DNA from: an uncultured Chloroflexia bacterium
GTDB lineage: Bacteria; Chloroflexota; Limnocylindria; Limnocylindrales; CSP1-4
Assembly: GCA_963833225.1 (NCBI GenBank)
Contig: CAWHXD010000008.1
Span: forward strand, 128,001 to 192,000
Length of the DNA stretch: 64,000 bases
Reading direction: 5' to 3'
In this document: in pieces, positions 11,252 through 19,866 of the stretch
How the letters are laid out: each line of letters begins with the position of its first letter
How positions within the stretch are numbered: the stretch's first letter is position 1
Notes under the pieces: generated by a model
Told to the model about the DNA's origin: nothing
What the model saw: the letters and a program-made list of their open reading frames with translations, nothing else
Databases searched by the model: none
Program-made: the position numbers and the translations under genes

Positions 11252-12021
11252 CCGGCGTCACGCTCGATGAGCACCCGCAGCGCCGCGACGGCCGTGTCGA
11301 TCAGTGGATCGAGGGTGAACTGCTCCATCGACGCGGCGACCTCCTCGTCGGACATCGCCGGGTTGCCAACGCAGACCATGAGGCCCCCGGCCCGCACGCG
11401 CAGGACCGACGCCACGATGAAGATCGCCGCAGCTTCCATCTCGGAGCTGATCGCCCCGCCCGCGATGAACGCCTGCCACCGCTCGGCCAGCTCCGCCGCC
11501 ACGGGCATCCGCTCCGGCTCCAGCTCGCCGTAGAACGAGTCCTTTGACTGCGACACGCCTTCGCGCGCGAGCGCCCCCGTGCGGCGGGCGGCCTCGCGGA
11601 GGGCAAGGACGACATCCACGTCCGCGAGGGCGGGAAACGCCAAGGGCAGGTAGTGGGACGACGTGCCCTCGTCCCGGATGGCGGCCGTGACGATCGCCAG
11701 CTCGCCGGTTTGCATCCCGGGCTGCATTCCGCCCGACGTCCCCACCCGGATGAAGGTGTCGGCCCCGCAACGGACGAGCTCCTCGACCGCGATCGCGGCC
11801 GATGGGCAGCCAATCCCCGTGGACGTGACGGACACCGGAACGCCATCGAGCGAACCCGTCCACGTCTCGTACTCGCGGTTCCGCGCCACCAGCCGCGGCT
11901 CGTCGAAGCGGGCGGCGATCCGCTCACAGCGGCCCGGGTCGCCGGGGAGCAGCACATATCGGCCCACGTCGCCCCGGCGGAGCGCGACGTGATGCTGGAC
12001 ATCCTGGTCGAGCGCGCTCAC
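11248..12021 (-). CDS. Uridine phosphorylase-like nucleoside phosphorylase, paralogue 2
   Basis: LLPGDPGR, STGIGCPS, FIRVGTSG, IRDEGTS, EME; KDSFYGELE variant. Confidence 0.88.
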   Translation of the reverse strand: MSALDQDVQHHVALRRGDVGRYVLLPGDPGRCERIAARFDEPRLVARNREYETWTGSLDGVPVSVTSTGIGCPSAAIAVEELVRCGADTFIRVGTSGGMQPGMQTGELAIVTAAIRDEGTSSHYLPLAFPALADVDVVLALREAARRTGALAREGVSQSKDSFYGELEPERMPVAAELAERWQAFIAGGAISSEMEAAAIFIVASVLRVRAGGLMVCVGNPAMSDEEVAASMEQFTLDPLIDTAVAALRVLIERDAG

Positions 12022-12028
12022 GCCGGGC

Positions 12029-12814
12029 TCACGCCTTGGAGCCCGCCCGGTCAGCCGCGATCAGCCGTCGCAGCCCGGCGATGGCCACGTCGATCACGCG
12101 GTCCACCGAGCCGTTGGCGATGTCCTCCTCGGTTGGCGGGACATGATCAAGGTTCTGGAAGATCAGCATCACCCCGCCGGCCCGGACGCGGAGCGTGGAC
12201 GCGACGATGAACAGGGTTGCGGACTCCATCTCGGAGCAGATCGCCCCGCCGGCCATCCACGCGTCCCAACGGCGGGCCAGCTCCGCGGCGATCGGCATCC
12301 GCTCGGGCTCGTGCTGGCCGTAGAAGGAGTCCTTGGACTGGGCGACACCGAGGTGGAACGGGATCCCCGCATCCCGGGAGCCCTGTCGCAGGGCCACTGT
12401 GACGTCGACGTCGGCAACCGCGGGAAATGCCAGGGGCAGGTAGTGCGACGACGTGCCCTCATCCCGGATCGCGCCGGTGATCACGCCCACGTCCCCCGTC
12501 CGGATGTGGCGCTGCATGGCGCCCGACGTGCCGACCCGGATGAACGTGTCCGCGCCGGCCCCGACGAGCTCCTCCACGGCGATCGCCGTGGACGGGCAGC
12601 CGATGCCGGTCGAGGTGCACGCGACGGGCACGCCGTCGAGCGTCCCGGTCCAGGTCACGTACTCGCGGTTCTGGGCCACGAACGTCGGCGAGTCGAAGCG
12701 CGAGGCGATCTTCTCGACGCGCCCGGGATCCCCGGGCAGCAGGACGTAGCGGCCGACATCGCCGGGCCGGAGCCCGATGTGGTGGAAGTGGCCATCGGGC
12801 TCGGTGACGGGCAT
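12029..12814 (-). CDS. udp: Uridine phosphorylase, paralogue 1
   Basis: LLPGDPGRV, NREY, STGIGCPS, FIRVGTSG, KDSFYGQH, EMES. Confidence 0.85.
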   Translation of the reverse strand: MPVTEPDGHFHHIGLRPGDVGRYVLLPGDPGRVEKIASRFDSPTFVAQNREYVTWTGTLDGVPVACTSTGIGCPSTAIAVEELVGAGADTFIRVGTSGAMQRHIRTGDVGVITGAIRDEGTSSHYLPLAFPAVADVDVTVALRQGSRDAGIPFHLGVAQSKDSFYGQHEPERMPIAAELARRWDAWMAGGAICSEMESATLFIVASTLRVRAGGVMLIFQNLDHVPPTEEDIANGSVDRVIDVAIAGLRRLIAADRAGSKA

Positions 12815-12823
12815 CGGATACCT

Positions 12824-13717
12824 CTAGGAACGGGCGATCGCGACCAGCGCGATGGCGACGACGCCGATGAACATGGTCGCGGCCACGAGGAAGATCGTGA
12901 CCGTCAACCAGACCGGCAGGATGATCACGGGCGTGTTGCCCGCACTCCAGAACAGCAATCCGGCAGCGGTGCCGACGACGCCGACAACGATCCCGGCGAT
13001 GGCCACGACGAAGTCGACCCGCCCGAACGAGATCTGGCGATACGAGGTCTTCTTGCCGGTGGACCCGAACGCCCGGGACTCGAGGCTGATCGCCAGCTGC
13101 TGCACCCGTTCGAAGGCGCCCGCGAACACTGGCACGAATGACGGGATCAGGGATCCGAAGCCGGTGCTCTTCATGCCCCGGGAGCGCTGCGCCGAGAGCA
13201 CCACCTGGACCTCGCGCTGGAGCACGGGGATCAGCTGGAGGGTCATCGCCAGCATGAAGTTGAGGACATACGGCATCCGCAGCCGGGCGAAGGCCGAGAA
13301 CAGGTCTGAGGGGTGCGTGGTCATCAGCACCGCGATCGCCACGATCTCCATGGACAACACCCGCGCGACGAGCGACAGCCCGTGCGAGATTCCCTCCTGG
13401 TAGAGGGTGAACGGGCCGAGCTGGACGGCCGGCGTGCAGTTGTTGGAACAGATCGCCGGGGCGATCGCCTGGATCACCAGCATCGATGCGGTGACCGGCG
13501 CGAACACGAGCAGGACCCGGGCCACGCCCTTGAGAATCCCGGCGCTCGCCGCCATCACGAGGCCGATGATCGCGATCGCGAACAGCGGCCAGGGGTTGTA
13601 GCTGGCGAAGGCGAAGAACATGATCGCGACAAGCCAGGTGAGCTTCGCGATCGGGCTCAGGCGGTGCAGCCACGACGTCCCGCGGACGTGCGTGACCGAC
13701 ATGTTCATCGTTTGCAT
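12824..13717 (-). CDS. ECF transporter transmembrane T component
   Basis: LHRLSPIAKL, AQRSRG and LESRAF coupling-helix motifs. Confidence 0.9.
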   Translation of the reverse strand: MQTMNMSVTHVRGTSWLHRLSPIAKLTWLVAIMFFAFASYNPWPLFAIAIIGLVMAASAGILKGVARVLLVFAPVTASMLVIQAIAPAICSNNCTPAVQLGPFTLYQEGISHGLSLVARVLSMEIVAIAVLMTTHPSDLFSAFARLRMPYVLNFMLAMTLQLIPVLQREVQVVLSAQRSRGMKSTGFGSLIPSFVPVFAGAFERVQQLAISLESRAFGSTGKKTSYRQISFGRVDFVVAIAGIVVGVVGTAAGLLFWSAGNTPVIILPVWLTVTIFLVAATMFIGVVAIALVAIARS

Positions 13718-13721
13718 GGCG

Positions 13722-14606
13722 TCATCCCTCCCCGGCCGCTGCGGATGCGCCGCCCCGGAGATCGTTGACCAGCTCCTCCACCGACAGCGCCGCCGGCCGC
13801 CCCGCCCGCGAGGGGATCCGGAGCGAGAGCTGCGTGATCTGGGGAGGGGCCAGGTGGGTCTGGTCCATCATCGCCTTGTCCGCGAACACCTCCCGCGGCG
13901 TTCCATCCGCGATCAGCTTCGCGTTCCACATGACGATCAGCCGCTCCGCGACATCCGCGAGCAGGGGCATGTCATGGGAAACGCACAGGACGGTGTCCCC
14001 GCGCTCGCCGAGGCGGCGGATGAGCTTGTTGATCACGCCCGTGGTCCGGTGATCCTGACCCGTCGTGGGCTCATCAAGGATGAACACCTTGGGTCGCATC
14101 GTGAAGATCGACGCGATGCCCACCAGCTTGCGCAGCGGGAAGCTGATCCGGTACGGGTGGAGCTGGAGGACGTCCTGGAGCTTGAAGAACTCGACGGCCT
14201 CGGTCACCCGCTCGGCGAGCTCCGCCTCGGGCACCCCGAGGTTCCGCGGCCCGAACTTGAGCTCATCCTCGACCGTCGTGGCGAACAGCTGGTGGTTGGG
14301 GTTCTGGAACACGTACCCCACGTGCGCCGCCATCTTCTGGACCGGGTTGTCGGCGGTGTTCATCCCGTTGACCACGATGGTCCCGCTGGAGGGCTTGAGC
14401 AGCCCGTTGAGCAACTTGGTGAGCGTCGTCTTGCCCGAGCCGTTCTGGCCAACGATGCCCACGACCTGCCCGGCAGGCACTGTGAGCGAGACGCCATCCA
14501 GCGCCAGGACCGCGCCGCGGCTGTAGACGTAGCTGACGTTGTCGACCATCACAATCGGCTGGCCGTCGGCGGGCGTGACACCCGGCGCGCCGCCGTTCGC
14601 GGTCAT
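13722..14606 (-). CDS. ECF transporter ATPase (A')
   Basis: GQNGSGKT, VFQNP, ILDEPTTGQD; degenerate signature ISFPLRK. Confidence 0.9.
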   Translation of the reverse strand: MTANGGAPGVTPADGQPIVMVDNVSYVYSRGAVLALDGVSLTVPAGQVVGIVGQNGSGKTTLTKLLNGLLKPSSGTIVVNGMNTADNPVQKMAAHVGYVFQNPNHQLFATTVEDELKFGPRNLGVPEAELAERVTEAVEFFKLQDVLQLHPYRISFPLRKLVGIASIFTMRPKVFILDEPTTGQDHRTTGVINKLIRRLGERGDTVLCVSHDMPLLADVAERLIVMWNAKLIADGTPREVFADKAMMDQTHLAPPQITQLSLRIPSRAGRPAALSVEELVNDLRGGASAAAGEG

Positions 14607-15451
14607 GCGCGGGCCCCCAGCCACGCGACCGCGGCATCCGTGGTGACGGGGAGGTCCGTCGCCGCTGGGCCCGCCAGGGAGCGAGCCATCTCGGTGACCT
14701 GCGGCACGCGGAGCCCCAGCTCGGTGATCCGCTCGACCTGCGAGAACACCTCGGCCGGCGACCCCTGGAGCGCGATCCTTCCCTCGTCGAGGACGATGAT
14801 CCGGTCCGCGTACTGGGCGAGCACCTCCACCTCGTGCTCCGCCACGATCACGGTCAGACCCTCCTCGCGGTTGAGGCGGCGGGCGATCTCGAAGACCTCC
14901 TCCTTGCCCAGGGGATCGAGATTCGACGTCGGCTCGTCCATGAACAGCACGGTCGGGCGCATGACCAGGGTCGCGGCGATCGCGAGCCGCTGCTGCTGGC
15001 CGCCGGAGAGCCCCATCGGGCTTCGCTCGTCATAGCCGGTCAGGCCCACGAGCTCCAGCGCTGCCGCGATCCGCGGCACCATCTCGGCATAGGGCACGCC
15101 CAGGTTCTCGAGGCCCAGCGCCACCTCTTCGGCGACGGTGATCTGGCTCATCTGGAACTCGGGATTGTCGAACACCATCCCGATGATCCGGCCCATCTCG
15201 CGGACAGGCTCCACCGTCGGATCGTGCTCACCCACCTTCACCGTGCCAGTCTGCTCGCCCATCAGCATGTGCGGGATGATCCCGTTCAGGCACAGGCCAA
15301 GCGTGGTCTTGCCGGCCCCGTTGAGACCGATCAGACCGACATAGTCACCGCGCCGGATGTCCAGGTTGATGTCCGCGAGCGCAGGTCGTGTCCCTTGCGC
15401 GTAGGTGAACCCCAGCTCACGGATGGAGATGAAGGCGCCGTCGTCCGCCAC
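14603..15451 (-). CDS. ECF transporter ATPase (A)
   Basis: GLNGAGKT, LSGGQQQR, MDEPTSNLD. Confidence 0.9.
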   Translation of the reverse strand: MADDGAFISIRELGFTYAQGTRPALADINLDIRRGDYVGLIGLNGAGKTTLGLCLNGIIPHMLMGEQTGTVKVGEHDPTVEPVREMGRIIGMVFDNPEFQMSQITVAEEVALGLENLGVPYAEMVPRIAAALELVGLTGYDERSPMGLSGGQQQRLAIAATLVMRPTVLFMDEPTSNLDPLGKEEVFEIARRLNREEGLTVIVAEHEVEVLAQYADRIIVLDEGRIALQGSPAEVFSQVERITELGLRVPQVTEMARSLAGPAATDLPVTTDAAVAWLGARA

Positions 15452-15542
15452 ATGGTCCTCGTGCTGTCGAGTGGAAACCCCCCGGAAACGATCGCCCCCG
15501 CCGGCCAATGGCGTGGCGGGGGCGAGATGCGAGATGCTGGCG

Positions 15543-15773
15543 TCAGTCCTTGATGACGAAGGACATGATGCCGGCGAGGATGACGAAGACGCCCATCAGC
15601 ACCATCATCCCCGCGAGCGTGGGGGCGGGTCCAAGCTCGCCCTGGGCCGCCGGGAGCGAGTCCACGACGGCGGGGAGGGCGATCAGCATGACGCCGAGGC
15701 CGACGATCCCGGACGCGAGACCCGCTCGCGGACCGACAGTCCGACCTTCGCTCTGGTTCTGGTTCTCGGTCAT
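15543..15773 (-). CDS. Small two-TM membrane protein in the ECF operon
   Basis: 76 aa with two hydrophobic helices; GAGGAG SD upstream. Confidence 0.65.
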   Translation of the reverse strand: MTENQNQSEGRTVGPRAGLASGIVGLGVMLIALPAVVDSLPAAQGELGPAPTLAGMMVLMGVFVILAGIMSFVIKD

Positions 15774-15803
15774 GGTATTTGGTCTCCTCTCGCTCTCGTG
15801 GGC

Positions 15804-16499
15804 TCAGGCCGGCGTCGGAGCGAGGATGAGCATGTAGATCAACATGAGCGCCACGCCGATCACGACCCCGATCACAGCGGTCATCACGCCCCTCATGCCC
15901 GTTTGGGTTGGGAGCTTGATCCCCATGACCAGGTTCGATGGCAGGGCGTTGATGATCGCCAGCGCCACGTAGCCCGCGATGATCTTGTCGGCGAGCGACA
16001 CGATGATGTTGGACGCGAACACCGAGGTGATCAGGTCCTGGCCGGCCTGCGCGAAGGCGGCGGTCAGCGCATCGGACGAGTGGCCGGTGGCCCCGCCGAA
16101 CACGAAGATCACGATCGGGGCGGCGGCTGCGGTCACCGCCAGCGACACGATGATGTTGAGGATGAAGAAGGTGACGTTGTTCCGGCCCATGCCCCACGAG
16201 CGGACACCGTAGCCCCAGACGAGCGCGCCCGCCACGTTGGCCAGCGCGAACGGGATGCCGATGGGGCCGTTGATCAGCGAGCCGCCCACGTTGGTGATGA
16301 CACCGACGAGCGCGCCCCACCATGGGCCGAGCACGATGGCCGCGACGCAGGTCCCGATCATGTCCAGGAAGATCGGGAGCTTGAGCGCGGTGTTGATCGT
16401 CGAGCCGACGATGTTGAGCGCTGCCGCCGCCGGCACGAGCGCGACGACGAGTGTCAGCGGTATGCGGTTTGCTGACCTCGCGACAGATGCCGCTGTCAT
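15804..16499 (-). CDS. ECF transporter S component, QrtT/STY3230-like (queuosine-regulated ECF family)
   Basis: LKLPIFLDMIGT..AAIVLGP..G.LVG.ITN, FGGATG and DKI motifs, matching the QrtT family as I recall it; not database-checked. Confidence 0.8.
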   Translation of the reverse strand: MTAASVARSANRIPLTLVVALVPAAAALNIVGSTINTALKLPIFLDMIGTCVAAIVLGPWWGALVGVITNVGGSLINGPIGIPFALANVAGALVWGYGVRSWGMGRNNVTFFILNIIVSLAVTAAAAPIVIFVFGGATGHSSDALTAAFAQAGQDLITSVFASNIIVSLADKIIAGYVALAIINALPSNLVMGIKLPTQTGMRGVMTAVIGVVIGVALMLIYMLILAPTPA

Positions 16500-16695
16500 G
16501 GTTCCCTCGAACCTCCCTCGTACCCCTGGCCTCCCGTCTCCCTTGGACGGGATGGGCCTCCTCCACGGTGTCTGCCAGGCGCTGCCGCGGGATCTATATC
16601 CCGCCGCTCCTGGCACCGCCGGATGGGCTATCCGGCTCCGGGCCCGGGTGCGACGTCGGTTCTCCCAACGGCAACTCCTGCTTGCCGTGGCGGCA

Positions 16696-16726
16696 ACTCT
16701 AGTCCATCCATGCCACCAGTCGTCAA
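16696..16726 (-). promoter_or_regulatory. Putative sigma70-type promoter for the ECF/phosphorylase/P450 operon
   Basis: TTGACG-N19-TAGAGT on the minus strand; the spacer is long. Confidence 0.45.
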
Positions 16727-16814
16727 GCATTTTGCGCACACCCCCTCGGGGTCCGGGTCGGCTGGGGTAGCATCGCGGCCGTCGGCGAGCGAGATCAGGG
16801 GCATCGGAGGGCAT

Positions 16815-17531
16815 ATGGCGGCAGCACGCACCGGAATGGTCCTTGTTCCCGCCGGCCCGTTCCTGATGGGGTCGGACGAATTCGCGAGGGAGGGGCCGCC
16901 GCGTCGCGTCAACGTGCCCGCCTTCTGGATCGACCGGTTCCCGGTGACCAACGATGACTACGTCGCCTTCGTCGCCGCGACTGGCCATCGTCCGCCCGTC
17001 GACTGGGCGGACGGCCGGCCGCGCGAGGGGTTCGGACGCCACCCGGTGATGGTCACCTGGGCCGATGCCGACGCCTACGCGCGTTGGGCCGGCAAGCGGC
17101 TTCCCACCGAAGCGGAGTGGGAGAAGGCGGCCCGCGGCACGGACGGGCGCCGGTACCCGTGGGGTGACACGTGGGATGGCACCCGCGCCCTGACCTGGGA
17201 GACGGTCGCGCCCACCGGCATGCGAACGGAGCCCGTGGATGCCCGCCCGTCCGGGGCCAGCCCGTACGGCGCCGAGCAGATGGTGGGGCTCCTCGAGGAG
17301 TGGTGCGCAGACTGGTACGACGCCTATCCGGGATCGCCATACCGCTCCCTCGGCTACGGGGAGCGGTTCAAGGTCCTTCGGGGTGGGGCCTGGATCTTCA
17401 CGCAGACGCATGCCCGGTGCGCCTATCGCTGCTTCGAGCTGCCCAGTCGCCCGCCCGAGGAGATGGAGGTCCTCGGAGCCCCGACCTTTCGGTGTGTCGT
17501 GGACGTGGATGCCGCGGAGACGCCGGCATGA
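16815..17531 (+). CDS. FGE-sulfatase (SUMF1/EgtB/PvdO-like) domain protein 1
   Basis: VPAGPFLMGS, PVTN, KRLPTEAEWEKAARG, YPWG, VLRGGAW; GGAGG SD. Confidence 0.88.
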   Translation: MAAARTGMVLVPAGPFLMGSDEFAREGPPRRVNVPAFWIDRFPVTNDDYVAFVAATGHRPPVDWADGRPREGFGRHPVMVTWADADAYARWAGKRLPTEAEWEKAARGTDGRRYPWGDTWDGTRALTWETVAPTGMRTEPVDARPSGASPYGAEQMVGLLEEWCADWYDAYPGSPYRSLGYGERFKVLRGGAWIFTQTHARCAYRCFELPSRPPEEMEVLGAPTFRCVVDVDAAETPA

Positions 17532-18220
17532 TCGCATCGACCGATGGCATGGTCCTCGTGCCGGCGGGGCCGTTCCGCATGGGTTCCGACGAGTTCGACC
17601 TCGAGGGCCCCCCTCACACGGTTGACCTGCCGGCGTTCTTGATCGACCGGTACCCGGTCACCTGCGCACAGTACCTGGGCTTCGTCGCCGCCACGGGCCA
17701 CCCGGCCCCGCCGGACTGGCCAAACGGGCGGCCGGTGCCGGGTCGCGAGGACCATCCCGTGGAACGCGTGTCGTGGCACGACGCCGTCGCGTATGCCGCG
17801 TGGGCGGGCAAGCGCCTCCCCACCGAGGCTGAATGGGAGAAAGCGGCCCGTGGCACGGACGGCCGGCGCTTCCCATGGGGCAACACGTTCGCGGAGGATC
17901 ACTGCATCGTGTGGGACCATGCCATGGTCCTCGACGTCACCACCATGCCGGTCACGTCTCACCCGTCGGGTGCCAGCCCATACGGCGTGGAGCAGCTCGC
18001 CGGCAACGTCGAGGAGTGGGTCCAGGACGAGCTGCTCCCCTATCCCGGCTCAACGCATGTGTCCCCGTCCGCGGCAGGTGGCCTGCGGGTCGTCCGCGGC
18101 GGGTCGTGGTTCTACACACAGGAGCACACGCGCTGCGCGTACCGCCGCGGGCTGCTGCCCGACAGCACCGGGTGGACACAAGCGGGCGGCCCGGGGTTCC
18201 GTTGCGCGCTGACCCCCTGA
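17528..18220 (+). CDS. FGE-sulfatase domain protein 2
   Basis: KRLPTEAEWEKAARG, AGNVEEW, VRGGSW, GFRC; ATGA overlap with protein 1. Confidence 0.88.
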   Translation: MIASTDGMVLVPAGPFRMGSDEFDLEGPPHTVDLPAFLIDRYPVTCAQYLGFVAATGHPAPPDWPNGRPVPGREDHPVERVSWHDAVAYAAWAGKRLPTEAEWEKAARGTDGRRFPWGNTFAEDHCIVWDHAMVLDVTTMPVTSHPSGASPYGVEQLAGNVEEWVQDELLPYPGSTHVSPSAAGGLRVVRGGSWFYTQEHTRCAYRRGLLPDSTGWTQAGGPGFRCALTP

Positions 18221-18242
18221 GCCACGGGCAGTCAGGTACGGA

Positions 18243-18274
18243 GCGACCCCCCGGACCTCGTCGCGGGGGGTCGC
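18243..18274. terminator. GC-rich hairpin between convergent genes
   Basis: GCGACCCCCC...GGGGGGTCGC inverted repeat. Confidence 0.5.
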
Positions 18275-18296
18275 ATGTGGCAAGCGGCCTGAGCGC

Positions 18297-19508
18297 CTAC
18301 AGCAGGCTGACGAGCCGTGCAATGCGCTGCGCTCGGAAGCGATCGTCATCCGAGTGACGCGACTGAGCCGACACGACGACATTGCCGTGCTGGACGCGTC
18401 CCGCGATCTCGAACACCAGCGCGCCGGCGCTGTCGCTGATGACGATCTGGAACCGATCGGTTGCCCGGGGTGCGTGATGCCGATACGAGTCGCGGCCGTT
18501 ACGCGCCTGGTCCACGGCAGTCGCGGTGAATGTGTAGCCCGTGTGGCCGTTCCACTTGCCGGTGCCGGTCCACGTCGCGGTCGTTCCTGAGATCAGGAAC
18601 GTCGTGACCGAGTGGCTCCGGAACGACGAGCGCCCGGACACGAGCTTCAGCTGACCCTTGGCACCCTCGTGGTTAGCCTTGACCTCGAACTCGAACCGTG
18701 CCGAGCCGGGGTCCCCGATGACGGCTCCGGCACCTGATGCGCGACCCGCCGAGTTGGGGACGGGTGTGGGGACCGGCGACGGGACAGGCGTCGGGACCGG
18801 GGTCGGAACCGGCGTGGCCGTCGGGACAGGCGTCGGGACCGGGGTCGGAACCGGCGTGGCCGTCGGGACAGGCGTCGGGACCGGGGTCGGAACCGGCGTG
18901 GCCGTCGGCACCGGCGTCGGGACAGGGGTCGGGACCGGCGTGGCCGTCGGCACCGGCGTCGGGACAGGCGTCGGGACCGGGGTCGGGACGGGTGTTGGAA
19001 CCGGCGTCGGCACCGGGGTGGGCACCGGCGTGGGAACCGGGGTCGCGGCCGGCGGATCGATCAGCCCGGTGATCCCGGCGGGCACCGGCTGACCCGTCGT
19101 CGGGACCCCGTCGATGTCGTAGATCGTGTTGTTGTTGCCGAGCGTCCAGCCGGGCTGGGCGTTGGCGTTGATCTCGGCGAGATTCGAGAGACCTCCGGGG
19201 TCTCCATCCGAGTTCAGGCCGGCGGCAGCGTTGATGGCCGCGGCATTCGCGCCGCCCGTGCGGATCGCCTGCCCGTACGGGTTCCAGGTATCCGTCCCAC
19301 TCGGTCCATGACAGAGGAGGCAGCCGGCGTTCGTCCGTGACGCGGAGGCCGGGTAGATCCCCGACCAGGTGTTCGCGATCGAGTTGAAGGCAAACACCGT
19401 GGCCGGGATCAGCAGCAAGCCCACGAAGGCCATGATGCCCGCGGATCGTGCCCGTCGCCGGTGGCGCCCTGAACCGTTGCCCTGCGGGGGGCGATGAATG
19501 TCGTGCAT
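18297..19508 (-). CDS. Secreted protein with a CxxCH motif, Pro/Thr linker and C-terminal beta-rich domain
   Basis: Signal peptide ending VFA; GCLLCHG; NSDGD; (PTPV)n linker; AGGAG SD. Confidence 0.75.
   Translation of the reverse strand: MHDIHRPPQGNGSGRHRRRARSAGIMAFVGLLLIPATVFAFNSIANTWSGIYPASASRTNAGCLLCHGPSGTDTWNPYGQAIRTGGANAAAINAAAGLNSDGDPGGLSNLAEINANAQPGWTLGNNNTIYDIDGVPTTGQPVPAGITGLIDPPAATPVPTPVPTPVPTPVPTPVPTPVPTPVPTPVPTATPVPTPVPTPVPTATPVPTPVPTPVPTATPVPTPVPTPVPTATPVPTPVPTPVPSPVPTPVPNSAGRASGAGAVIGDPGSARFEFEVKANHEGAKGQLKLVSGRSSFRSHSVTTFLISGTTATWTGTGKWNGHTGYTFTATAVDQARNGRDSYRHHAPRATDRFQIVISDSAGALVFEIAGRVQHGNVVVSAQSRHSDDDRFRAQRIARLVSLL
18755..19050 (-). repeat. Coding tandem repeat (12-bp PTPV units with 30-bp higher-order units)
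   Basis: Repeated ggcgtcgggacc/ggggtcggaacc units encoding [12 protein letters not shown]. Confidence 0.85.
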
Positions 19509-19866
19509 AGGTCTCCTCACCAGGCCTCGTCGGGCGTTCGTGCCGGTTTGGCTGTCGCCCGCCAGCGGCCGTGTGGTCGTAGGGGTGTGCAGGGAGGCTC
19601 CTGTCTACGCATCGGGGCGACGCACGTCGCAAGGGCGCCTGCTGGTGCGCCGCGCTGCCGCGTCTCGTCCCGGAGTGGCCGACCCAGGCGTGCACACGCT
19701 GAGCGCGAGCTCCGTCGTATCGGGCGGCGGAGCCGATCGTCGGCTCCACTCCTATCGGGGGAGGCGATGGTCGTGGGGTTTCGGTGACCTGGGGGCTGCA
19801 TGCCCTGATCTCAGCGGGCCGGTTGGCACCTTCCGCGCTGCCCCGCCTGCGGCCCAGCGCCGTAGA

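Noticed and set aside
18755-19050. Tandem repeats as a possible CRISPR array
   Set aside because: No unique spacers, in-frame Pro/Thr coding repeat, and no cas genes in the window.
19520-19860. Intergenic region upstream of the CxxCH protein as a possible riboswitch
   Set aside because: Only short GC hairpins; no recognisable c-di-GMP, c-di-AMP or other aptamer consensus.
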